64,000 bases of DNA from Saccostrea cucullata (Eukaryota): positions 1-64,000 of the forward strand of contig NW_026941099.1 of assembly GCF_032062105.1 (NCBI RefSeq), in the 5' to 3' direction. Of this stretch, positions 52,135 to 63,789 are shown one piece after another (positions within the stretch are counted from its first letter, which is position 1; each line of letters starts with the position of its first letter). The notes under the pieces were generated by a model. It saw nothing but the letters and a program-made list of their open reading frames with translations. It made no database searches and was not told the DNA's origin. Both the position numbers and the translations under genes were made by a program.

Positions 52135-53660
52135 ACGTGAATTGTAATGATCAGGATGGAGTTTCCGAAATCGTAGAGGGTGGATATAAAGACTGTATTT
52201 ATAGCTCTGTATCTTTACAAATATCTAGGTTTCAGGCCGACAATACTTTAGGCCTATATACTAATAAGGAGAAAATAACATTTATAAATAATAGCCCAAA
52301 CCAACAAAGTGAAGTTTATTTTCATCAAATCGCCACAAAGGAAACCAACAAAGAAATCTTTTCTCCTGAGTCTGTCTGTGCAGAGCTCCACAGAGTTTAA
52401 CAAAAGGGAACTAGAGATAGCTGTGAGCGACTCCAGTTAAGATGCTTGTCCAACATTGTCCAATTTGGTAAATGAAACAACAGAGACAAAATCTTCTTGA
52501 TGAAATATTTCCCCATACCTGTTGACATTTCATTTAATGTCTCTCTCTTTTTGTGAAATATATATATTGTTTTTTGCACCTATTTTATTTTCATTTGAGT
52601 GTGGTGGAATGAAAATTTCTCTCTTAATTTAAACCAGACACATTCGAAAATCAAGCAAACAGCCAAAATCATTTACATTAAAAGCTCTTTTTCTTCAATA
52701 CATTTATAAGACATCCTTAAAATTTCTGAATGTAAAACAAAAAAATCTCCGAGAGATAGACCTTATTTGGTCATACGACTGAAATGCGAGTTGTTAAAGG
52801 TAGTCTTTACCCTAATTTTTGCTTAAAGGATCAACTTGTTAAAAATGGTTAATGAACAAACAATAATATACTGAGTATAACATATAATTTGAAGGGGAAA
52901 AGTTTAGGGTTTTTTGCCGGTACGACATAAAAAGCAAAGGTTATAATTTTGATTTTTTCTCAAACCATGAGGTTTTATATAGAATTGCGTGTAAGGTTTG
53001 TTTGTTTGTTTTTTTTTAAAGGTACGTAACAAATACACGACGCATGTATGTAAGAGAAGTTCGCAACTGCATGTGTTGTCTGTGGGCTTGATATGAATCT
53101 GAGTATATTTATTTCTACTGGGATACATTTTACTATTCGATAAAATATTCAATATTAAAAGAAGATATTTTTTACACAAATGTCCTTTATACTAAATAAT
53201 AAATAGAACATGCACGTTTTTATTATTTAGAAACATTTTTGCAATTATAAGTTCCGATTTTGATTTAGAAAAAAATTATAATAATATTAAAAAGCAAATT
53301 TATAACTATGAGTTGTGAGGATTCTTTTTTGTTAACAACAATGAATTAAACATGAAATTCTTATTATAAATACATTCTCTCAAAAATTAACCCAAATTTT
53401 ACGTTTTCATGGAGCTTGTCTGTCATGTTAGTATATTTCCATTGCAAAATGAATAGTATATGTTTTGTTTGCTTACTGTTGTCATGTTTTCTTATTTGTT
53501 GATGTCCAAAGTATTCATAGAATCAATCCCCTTTGTGTTCTTAATAATAGCTTGGCGTTGATTAAATTTAATTGGATAAATAAAATGATATATGTAAGAA
53601 GATCTTCAGAAACATTTCATAATTTCCTTAAAAACATTTTGTCTTGATAAATTCTAACAA

Positions 53661-53910
53661 GTCGTTTGTTTGTTGTTAAAAATCCCTCTCGAGATTTCCA
53701 CTCATTATATAGAGACGCCACCACTTGCATTTCCCGATTGAGAGCTGCAAACCTTAATCTGGACTCGGCACTAACGGCCATTGAGCATTAAGGCATTTTT
53801 TCGAGCACGAACTTACTCCAACGACCGAACTCTACGTCCCACAGTCAAATTCGAACACGCAACTTCGTACGCCGCAAATCTAAAGCAGACAGTCTAACAA
53901 AATGGGCGAC
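53661..53910 (-). mobile_element. tRNA-SINE (ancestral copy upstream of the copy 10 promoter)
   Basis: Paralogous to 23880-24138. Confidence 0.75.
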
Positions 53911-53919
53911 AACAAGTTG

Positions 53920-53992
53920 TAAAAGGAAGTAAACCATAAAATTTATATGGAACTTTAATCCTTTATGTGCAGGAAATTTTACTATAAAAAGG
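53920..53992 (+). promoter_or_regulatory. Putative core promoter of receptor copy 10 (AGGAAGT - GCAGGAAAT - TATAAAA), representative of a module repeated before most copies
   Basis: TATAAAA at 53983 lies 72 nt upstream of the ATG. Same module at ~20160-20240, 24150-24215, 31990-32058, 35590-35657, 45228-45790 (split), 59885-59952. Confidence 0.55.
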
Positions 53993-54054
53993 TAATTAAG
54001 AGGCAAACTTTTAGCATTGGATGTAACAGTTGTTCATGCAGTTTAAAATCAAGA

Positions 54055-55554
54055 ATGATAAAATATTTTGCGCTTGTCTGTCATATGATTTCCATCTGCT
54101 CACTAAGAAATGTAGAAAGTTGTCAAAATTCGTAAGTTTTTTACATTTATTTTTCAATTTATTCTATAATTGAATTATTTTTTTCTTAAACGAAGAGTAT
54201 AAACAAATATTTTAGGCTGAAAGACGATGGATCAGGGGAGTGCTGTACGAACTTTTTCAGGGATGGGAATATCTGTAAAGGTTCTATGCAAAACTTGATT
54301 TAGTTGAAAAATAATCAAATCTTAATAATTTGGGCAGGAAATAAAAATATGCAACATATGGTACGATTTTATAATAAAAATTGACAAACTTTCCCCAAAC
54401 AATATATGAGAAAATTTGTAAAGTTCCTAAAATAAGGAAGTAGTTTACTTTTCAGAATGTCCACGCGGATACTTCGGATTTAACTGTTCTGAAATTTGTC
54501 CTGAACTATATTATGGACCCTTATGTAGTCTGAAATGCGGTAACTGTACAAACTGTAACCATGTATATGGTTGTACACTATCAACAGGTAAGCATATCGA
54601 GAATTTTATTTTTTACTTTGAAACTTCATATGCAGCTACTTAATAAGGTGAATGTTTGATACATTTACGAGAATTATTGAGAAACATTTTAGTATAGTAC
54701 TTATGACGCACATTTGTAATACACTGTGTTTCATATTATTAGAGCCTATTAAATCAGATGTGTCAAGAAAAGGAAGTTCTAACACAAGACCTGCTATTTC
54801 TATCATGTCGACCATGGCAGCAGTCCATACAACAGATGTACCTGAAAATCAAAGTTCCATCACAGTATTGATAGGTGGTAACAAGACTGAAAATGAAAGT
54901 TCTAGTCTAGTATTTTTAAATGGTCCTCCTAAATTGAATATTGCAATAATTATCTATACAAGCGGATCACTTATATCTTTTATAATTCTACTGATAATTG
55001 TGAGAGAAATACGACTTTTTTGCAAGACATCGGCTCCTCCCACAATTAAAAACAAGTCACACAACAGTGATTTCGTAGAAAACATATTTTCTCAGGTTTC
55101 TGATGTTATTGATGACATCATTTTACGTGAAGAGATTGACCCATCTATGTTAAATGTAAATAGTTATGACAAAGATGGAGCGTCCAAAAACTCAGAGGGT
55201 GACTGTAAAGGCTGTATTTATAGCACTATATTTAGAGAGAAGGAAGAGACTGACGAACCAACATTATCTTTACAAACATCTTGGTTTGAGGCCAGCAATA
55301 CTTTAGGCCTATGTACAAATAAGGAAAAAACAACGTTTAAAAATGATTATTCTGACCAACAACATGAAATTGCTTTTCATCAATCCTCCGCAAGTGAGAA
55401 ACACAGAGAAATTTTATCATCAGAGTGTTTGCAAACCTCTTCAGAATTTAACGGAAGAGATTTAGAGATAGCTATGAGCGAAAGAAATCAGGATACTAGT
55501 CCATTTGTCCAATTTGTATTGGTAAATGAAACAACAGAAATAACGCCTCTTTGA
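54055..55554 (+). CDS. EGF/MEGF10-like single-pass receptor, copy 10, intact (346 aa)
   Basis: Exons 54055-54131, 54261-54280, 54456-54587, 54743-55554 in frame: ECPRGYFGFNCSEICPELYYGPLCSLKCGNCTNCNHVYGC, longer stalk, TM, NIFSQV (Y>F), CIYSTI, C-terminal EITPL. Confidence 0.87.
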
Positions 55555-56269
55555 TGTCATGTTCCCCACCTACTGACATTCATTGTATTCCTTTCCCTTT
55601 TGGTGACAGACATTAAGATGTTATTTTGACCAGATGTATAATTGTTTGAGTATGGTTGAATAAAAATTTCTCTATAATTTTAAACAAGAGTCACTCGAAC
55701 GTTGTAACCAAACAAACAAGATTATCTACATCCGTAAAAATCTTTAAATTTTCTCAATTTGTAATAAAACAGCTTTAAGATGTTTGTTTATGAAAACACA
55801 GTAAAAACGTACAACATACTAGTAAATGAAGAAATAAATAAAATGCAAAGACATTTTTTTCTCTAATATAATTGATTGAACATGTAACAACCAGTAAGCA
55901 TATTTCTATAGTGATTATATTTTATGTTTTGGTAGTCAAATTTTGTCACTTTATCTTGTAAATGATGTTTAAAGTATCCATAATATTAATGTCTAATGTA
56001 TCCTTTGTTAAAAGCTCAATAGTTAATTAAATTAAATGATATATATTACAACCTATTTATAAACATATAGAGTTTCTTTTAAAAAAGTGTAGTAGATATT
56101 TGTCGGTATATTTTGACACGCTGTAAAAGGAATTAAATCATTGATTTATTTTAAGCCTTTATCCTCTATGAGCAGGACGAAATTTTACTAGAAAAATTTT
56201 ATTGAAATGCCAAAATTTAGCCATGGAAGTAAAAGTTGTTCATGCGTTTTTGAATTTAAAAGTAAAGCG

Positions 56270-57130
56270 AAGCTAATAATTGTGTTTATTTAATGATCCT
56301 TCATTAAGAATAAGTCGCCCGCGTGGTGCAGTGGTTAGAGTGTCTGCTCTAGAGTCGCGAAGTAAGGAGTCCTTACATCGCGGTTCGAATCCCACTGTGG
56401 GACGTTGAGAACGGTCTTTCGGATGAGACCGAATAAACCGAGCTCCCGTTTCGCAGTAGGTGTTGGCACGAACAAGATCAGTGCATATTAAACCAGACTA
56501 TAGCGCTAGCTTTGCAATTCTATAATGTGTTCCATGTCATCAAATAATACATCAGACGTGTTTGAAAATGGATGTTCCATCATAGTGTTTATAGATGGAC
56601 TCATAGGTTTTATATCTCTAACATTACTATTAATCCGGATCAGTAATACCCATTGTAACTCTCTACTAACATGAATAATAAATTCATATCTACTGCAAGA
56701 TAGCATCTCAGCCAACAAGGATACATAATTGAGCGCAAAACAACATAGAGGTCTCTGACTTCCTTGATGTGATCATTTCAGGTAAAGAGATTGCCTCATT
56801 TAAGTTAAAGGTTATAACTAAATTTAATGTCAATGCTGGAATTTTTGAGCTCTTGGAGGATAACTATAATTAATGAACATGTATTCATAGTGTTGTTTGC
56901 AAAGAGATAGAAGGGACTTGTGAACAATAGAAAAGTTCGATGCAGAAAATACTTAAGGTCTATGTACTTACAATGAAGAAAACATTTATAAAAAATTGAA
57001 CTAAGTAAGATTAGTTTTCCCCAAATCTCTACAAAGGATAATAAAGAAGAAAGCATTTTCTTGAGTTTTTTCCGAGCTCCAGAGAAATCAACAAAAGTGA
57101 AATAGTGGTAGGTATAAACAGTATTCATGG
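56270..57130 (+). pseudogene. Receptor copy 11, heavily decayed
   Basis: Promoter/5' remnant up to AAGAAT, then a SINE fragment, then a decayed last exon (CATATTAAACCAGAC..CCATGTCATCAAATAATACATCAG..CCGGATCAGTAATA..GAGATTGCCTCAT..CAAATCTCTACAAAGGA). Confidence 0.65.
56314..56480 (+). mobile_element. tRNA-SINE 5' half
   Basis: GTCGCCCGCGTGGTGCAGTGGTTAGAGTG..GGTTCGAATCCCACTGTGGGACG..TTCGGATGAGACCG; 3' end lost along with exons 1-3 of copy 11. Confidence 0.8.
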
Positions 57131-57244
57131 GAATAATATTCAAACATGTGCATGTTATTGATTGTTTTTGTCGTGTTGATGTGCAACAAAAGACGATCTT
57201 CTGTAGCTGGTGAAGGACTTTTCTTCTTCGCTGAATTTAGGGCA

Positions 57245-57455
57245 TAGTGTATACAGGGAAATTTTCGCCCCCGTTTTATTTTCGCCCCTTTCGCCCTACC
57301 CTCATTTGGGCGAATTTAAAACGGGGCTAATTCAAAGAATACAATAGTAATTCTTAAACAAAAGTATGACAGGGCGAATTTAAAACGGGGCAAAATTGTT
57401 TGCAAGTGTGAAAGGGGAAAAATAAGACGGGGCGAAAATAACCCTGTATACAGTA
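57245..57455. mobile_element. Tc1/mariner(pogo)-type MITE
   Basis: TIR TAGTGTATACAGGGAAATTTTCGCCCC / GGGGCGAAAATAACCCTGTATACAGTA; internal TTTTCGCCC/GGGCGAA repeats. Confidence 0.8.
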
Positions 57456-58045
57456 GTTCTACATCTGCAAGTAATGCTTCAAACTGCATACTTGTATGCA
57501 AATACATTCATGTTACGTCATAGGTGACCATTGTACATTCTGAATCTCTCACATATCTTATTAATTGCTACCGGACAATAAGTTCAATAATTGCTGTATT
57601 CTTACTGATTATCATAATACAATACATACCCAAAAACAATTGATACTGGACCAGCTACTGTTACAGGAACTGAGTACGTTGATTTAATAGATGTCGTGAT
57701 CGATCACAATGTATTGATATCAATATCTCCTACCTACCTTACATCATGTATAAAATGTCTTTATAGAGATAAATTTGACAACACTAAGATCTTCAATGAA
57801 AGAAGTTAGTTATAATAGTTATACAGAGGTTTAATTCTTCCATTGAGCTTTTCAGTCATGTTAGTCAGCAAACAGGTATTGCAAAATGAATAGTATGTGT
57901 TTTCTTTGCATACTGTTATTATGTTTTCCTTATTTATAGAGCTCAACGTATTCTTGGCATTACTTAGACATCAATGCAATTGGTTGCACGTAACAACGCC
58001 CTCAAAAACATGTAATTCCGTTAAAATTGTTGAAAATGTTGTCTA

Positions 58046-59589
58046 TGGGCGGCGAAAAGGGTAAAAAAAGACGTTATGCAAAACAAACAACTAATTTTAT
58101 AAACATAATGAAACACAAAACAGACAACCTAAACAACAAAATCAATAGACTCGTTTGCAAAATCAACAGACTCCGATGCAAAACCAACGATCACCAATGC
58201 AAAACGAACAATTATTCAAGGAATTGTCGCTAGATGGCGTGCAAAAACATGCATTACCTGAATTAACGCTAGTTTTTCTACGTCATCTTTGTTGTGTACT
58301 TTCATAGGACCGTAAATCTGCTAAATTCGCTTATTTGAATAGGGGTCAGAGTTTTGGGGGGTGGGGCTGGGGGTCCATGGTCATTTAAAGTTTAAAGTAA
58401 ACTTGGTCAAGTGTAAAAAAAAAAAACAACTCTGCAAAATCCTAGGGGGTTGGGGGGGGCAACGCCCCCTTTAGATCCGTGCATATATATCTATATTATT
58501 GAAAACTGTGTAATTATTGGGCAATACATGTAGTTTGATAAATTATTTTTTACTAATTGTCTAACATATTAACCATATTTTGGCATAATACATGTACTTC
58601 CTAAATCAATCTGATTAAAATCAGATCATTTGATCCGCTCACATAGAATGCTACACAAGTTTTTAAGAATGTAAATAGAATTTGTTTTTCTTTCAAAAAT
58701 TTTCTCTTGGGGAAAAAAAAATATCTGCTACTGGTTTGTTGAAATATATTTACAGTCGTTTGTAGATGTCTTGCTGCCTCTAATATGTTTGAATTTTGAG
58801 AGAGTCGAAATGATGCTATTTTCCGAGGACTGCCAAATAGATGTTGATAGACCATTTCGCAGGATTTGGACCCGGACCACAATAAGCTTACATATAGACT
58901 TATATAGTAAAAACATAATATGTTTTGCTTTCTTTGTAACTATTTAAAAAAGATTCATTTCCAAAATACCCAGTATTTTTTACCACATGATAGAGCACTG
59001 TGTCTGATAAATATTCACATTAAAAATAGGGGGTTTATAATGTGGTTATCCCAGGTTATCAATAAACCTAGCCCTCTGACGTCATGACCTCAGAATAGCT
59101 CCTGCTTGGCTTAAAAAAGTGTAAATAAACCAAACGACCTCTCATTTCAATACATATTTCTATGCATTATTTATGCTTGAAATGTAACTTGATGCATATC
59201 ATTGCTCTAAACTTTGGAAATTAAACTTTTATTCTATACCCTGAAAGTATCACAAACATGTGACCTGTTTTTATTTTCATCATCGAAAAGGAGGTATGTG
59301 GATTTCATGCATGTGCTATATTTCAGCCTTTTGACTTCACCGTTAAAAACTTGCGCGCCATCAAGCGTAAATTCAGGTCATGGATGTTTTTTGCACGCCA
59401 TCTAGCGACAATTCTGTGAATAATCGTTGATTTTGCATTGGTAATCGTTGGTTTTGCATCGGAGTCTGTTGATTTTGCAAACAAGTCTGTTGATTTCGTT
59501 TTTAAGGCTGTCTGTTTTGTATTTCATTATGTTTATAAAATTAGTTGTTAGTTTTGCATAAACGTTTTTTTTACCCTTTCCGCCGCCCA
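58046..59589. mobile_element. Non-autonomous DNA element with ~210-bp TIRs
   Basis: TA|TGGGCGGCGAAAAGGGTAAAAAAA...CGCTAGATGGCGTGCAAAAA (58046-58250) is mirrored at 59385-59589|TA; TGCAAAA(C/T)CAAC subrepeats. ORFs 58027+ and 59402- are mirror translations of the TIRs. Confidence 0.85.
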
Positions 59590-59613
59590 TAATTATCGAT
59601 ATTTTCTCTTGCA

Positions 59614-59873
59614 GGTCGTTTATTGTCAAGATTCTGACTCATGATATTGAGACACTACCACTTGTATTTCCCGATTATGAGTTGCAAACCTTGTCCTTTA
59701 CATTGCACTTACGGCCATTGAGCGGTATCTGTAAGGGATCTTTTTTGTGCCAGCACTTACTGCGACGACCGTTCTTCACTTTCCATATTCGGATTTGAAC
59801 CCGCGAATTAAAGATCAACTTTGTACTCTGCAAGTCTAGAGCGACAATCTAACCAATGCTCCACGTTGGCGAC
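59614..59873 (-). mobile_element. tRNA-SINE (ancestral copy upstream of the copy 12 promoter, more diverged)
   Basis: Same position relative to ACAAGTTGTAAAAGGAAGT as the other four. Confidence 0.7.
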
Positions 59874-60014
59874 TACAAGTTGTAAAAGGAAGTAAATTAT
59901 TAATATACATTAAACTTTAATCCTTCATGTGCAGGAAATTTAACTATAAAAAGCTAATTGACATGCAAACTTAGCTATAGCATTGGAATTAAATGCATTT
60001 TTTTTAAATCAAGA

Positions 60015-61535
60015 ATGACAAGATATTTTGCACTGGTTTTTCATATAATCAACATTTGCACACAACGAAATGGCGTAAAAAGTTGTCGAAATACGTAAGT
60101 TTTTTGCATTAATTATTCAATTTATTCTAAATTTAAAATATTTTTTTCATATAAGGAGTAGTTCGAAGAGTATAAACTGGTATAATTTTAGGCTCGAGAA
60201 AAATGGATCAGAAGCGTGCTGTTTTAACTTTTACAGGGATGGGGATATCTGCAAAGGTTGTATGCAATGCTTGATTCACCTGATAAATTATTAAATCTGA
60301 ATTCATTTGCATAATATGCAACGTAACTAACGCTTTTATTGTGAAAATTGAAAAAACACTTCACACAATGTATGAGAAAACTTACTTAATTACTAGTCAA
60401 AATAAAGAAGCAATCTAATTTTCAGACTGTCCACCCGGATACTTCGGATCTAATTGCTCTCTTATTTGTCCTGAACCATATTATGGACACTTTTGTGGTC
60501 TAAAATGCAGAAACTGTACAATTTGTCATCACATATACGGCTGTACACAATCTACAGGTAATCTTGTGTTATATTTTACTTTCTCCATCAAAATTTTATT
60601 TTTATTAACAAAATTAGGATAAGATTAACACAATAACAATGTTTAGTACTTAAGTTGGTCATTTTAATTCAATATAATTTGTCTTTTTAGAGCAAATTAA
60701 ATCAGACGTCCTAAGAAAAGGAAGTTCTACTATTAGACCTGTAACTGCTATCAAGCCGTTCTTGCCTTCAAATAACACATCAGAAGTAATTGAAAGTTCC
60801 AGCATGGTATCTCTGTATGGTAACAAGACTCCTCCCAAGTCTAACCTTGCAATAATTATCTATACAACAGGATCACTAATATCTTTTCTTATTCTACTGA
60901 TAATTGTGAGAGAAATACTTAACTTTTACAAGTTATCAGTTTCTCCAACAAATGAAAAGAAGCCACACAACAGTGATGTCGAAGACAACATATATTCAGA
61001 AGTTTCTGACGTTATTGATTGCGTAATTTCACGTAGAGATATTACTTCCTCTATGTTCAACGTAAATAGTAATGAACAGGATGGCGTTTCCGAAATCTTA
61101 GAAGGTGACAGTAAAGACTGTACTTATAGCACTGTATTTAGAGAGAAAGAAGAGACTGGCGAACCGAAATTATCTTTACAAACATCTGGGTTAGAGGCGA
61201 GAAATTCCTTAGACTTATGTGCTAATAAGGAAAACATAACGTTTATAAATGATTGCCCTGACCAACATAATGAAATTAATTTGCATCAAATCTCCACAAA
61301 GGAAAGCAATGAAGAAATCATTTCTCCAGAGTCTTTGCAGAGCTCTACAGAATTTAAGGGAAGAAAAATAGAGATATCTATGAGCGACTCCAGTCAGGAT
61401 ACTAGACTGAGTCCAACATTTGTCCAATTAGTATTGGTAAATGAAACCACGGAGACAACACCTCGCAGCACTGTTAAGGCCTACTATGAGAAATCAACGG
61501 AAAATAGACGAGCAAAAAAAGGGGGACCTTTTTAA
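60015..61535 (+). CDS. EGF/MEGF10-like single-pass receptor, copy 12, open frame (358 aa) with a transposon-derived C-terminus
   Basis: Exons 60015-60094, 60237-60256, 60426-60557, 60691-61535 in frame: DCPPGYFGSNCSLICPEPYYGHFCGLKCRNCTICHHIYGC, TM, NIYSEV, CTYSTV. The last 23 aa are read from the inserted element. Confidence 0.85.
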
Positions 61536-62504
61536 AACTGAATTTATTTTAATTTAGCTGTTTTATTATCACAAAACAAATACTTATTGAAAAAGCATAG
61601 TATAACCCACTCTGTACTGTATGAAGTTTGGTCCCATCGATGGACAGTCACGTGATGAATGCATAGTTTGTGTACTGAATGTAGGTCATGAACAAATTTC
61701 AATATCGCAAGGGCATACCCTAGTTGAAATTAAAAATTCAAGTTATTATTTGTATCTGCATACTTTGTAGTTTGGGAAAAGTGCTGCTGCTTTGAATATA
61801 TTTCGCGTTTCAATAGTTAAATTTTCAGGTAAATAAGCTAATGTCGAAATATGTTTGACTTTTACCAAATATTTTGTGTACTTTTAAAATCACGCCATCG
61901 ATTTAAAGAAAGCAGCAGCACTTTTCAAGTTAAGAAAAATATCCTTTATCTATATTCAAAAAATGGTTAAGATCTATGAAGTGTATGCCCTTGCGAAAGT
62001 GCGATTTTATGAGGCATCTCGATGCAAAATATACGTAACATGTACATAAAAACACGATATAATTAATTAAACACATTCTCTTGATAATTAATTAATAATC
62101 GCAAAAAACAGAGGATATGCATTGGTATTAATCGACTATTTAAAACCTGTAAATAATATTTCGTTTAATAATAAAACACATTTTTCATTATTAAAAAATT
62201 CCTCAATCTGCCTCTCACAGCACATGAAATACGTCATTTTTACCAAAATGACGTCACGTTTACAAGTTCATGTCGATCAGTGCTTTGTCTATAACAAGCT
62301 ACATGGGACTTAATTAGCAAGTTTTTCAGATACATTGATAAGTTTAATTGTTGTTTATTATGCGAATACAGTTAAAATTTGCAAACTATTTCATTTTCAG
62401 GTACAATGAGAAATACATAAAAATCATATTTTGTGTGACGTCACAGTAAACTTTTCCCATATAATTAGGCCCCGCACCCTTATTCAAGCCTTAACAATGC
62501 TGTG
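61464..62504. mobile_element. CACTA/EnSpm(CMC)-like non-autonomous element
   Basis: CT|CGCAGCACTGTTAAGGC ... GCCTTAACAATGCTGTG|CT: 17-bp TIR with 2 mismatches and a 2-bp TSD. Removing it restores ACA ACA CCT CTT TAA TGTTAAGATT, matching the end of copy 8. Confidence 0.8.
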
Positions 62505-63789
62505 CTCTTTAATGTTAAGATTCTACAATCTATTGACATGTCATTAAATCTCTAGTTGAAGGGTACATGTTGTCATTTTTACCTTTTGTATTGATCTATG
62601 CGAGTAAAGGGATGACATTTCCCGTCTTACTTAAAAATGTTAAATTCTTCCAGGTTTATGACTCATTTTTTATTTCCATATTTTTTAACGGCATTTTTCC
62701 AAAATAAAAAAAAACCACTTAAATATAAAAAAGGAAGAAAATCCTAAACATGTTAAGATAAGTAGTCCTAATCACGTGACGCATAGTGGGTACAGCATTT
62801 CAAACCTTCATCTTTATAATAATTTCAAATCTCAACTTTTAGACCTTCTACTCATAAGTCTCGATAAATTATTCTAGTAATTTAAATGATGTTAATATTT
62901 TCTCCTTGGAAACATAGCTTTCTTACCAGAGGGTTGAATTACTAAATGCATATGACACATGAAGATTTATGGAATAAGGGAATACGATTTGACAGAAGGC
63001 CGGTGCTTTATTCAGCTAAAGAGGATACTTTCGGAGGTTAAAGGATTATAAAATCTTAATATGAATTACATACTACTCCACTTTTAACCTGATGACACCT
63101 GTGTTTTCTTCTTTGCACAATTTGAATAAATACTTTAGATGAACTATTGAGCTTTAATACAGTTTTTTTATATTCATAACAAAAATGCTAATTTTTTGTA
63201 AACTTCAACTTTTTTTTTCACCGTGAAGAGCTAGCGTGCACGTCTTTAAATGTAGAAACTTTTCCCAATAGCTTTCTGATAAATTCTTCATAATATTGAA
63301 TGCAAAAGTGTCTTAACAAAAATGATCTCTTTGTTTAGTTATCAAATGAAGTTAGATATAATTATAATTAAGTAATTGATCAAAATTGAAATCTTATCTA
63401 CAGAATTTGTTTTACGTTGGATTTCATACATACTGGTATGCATGATAGAGAACGTAATTTAAGAAAAAGTGGAGAAAACTCTACCAATGTTCTAATCTTA
63501 CTTTGTTTGATAAACACCAAGAAAAGTCCAGATTTGGATAAAGTTTAATAATATTTAACCAGATACATAAAAAATGATACAACTGTTAAAGACTCTGATA
63601 CTAGTAATTAGTCTCTGAGACTTAAGGTCAAGATCTTGTACATGACTTTAGACAAACTAACTTTGGTGCTAGATCTTTTATGACGTCATAATCACTTTCA
63701 ACTTTCTTTTTTCTGATAGAATTATGAAGAAAATAAAGTATTTTAAATAATTCAATTTGATCATACGTTATAAGATATGTACGAGTACA

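Noticed and set aside
54652-54742. N-terminal extensions of ORFs 54652, 36370 and 46652
   Set aside because: Intron 3 sequence upstream of the conserved TAG acceptor.
58027-59629. Two similar ORFs (MGGEKGKKRRYAK / MGGGKGKKNVYAK) as a convergent gene pair
   Set aside because: Mirror translations of the long TIRs of one element.
61472-62494. Reading the copy 12 insertion as a TTAA-flanked Kolobok/piggyBac element
   Set aside because: The inverted repeat extends beyond the TTAAs, and only the outer boundaries with a CT duplication restore the ancestral TTPL* sequence.
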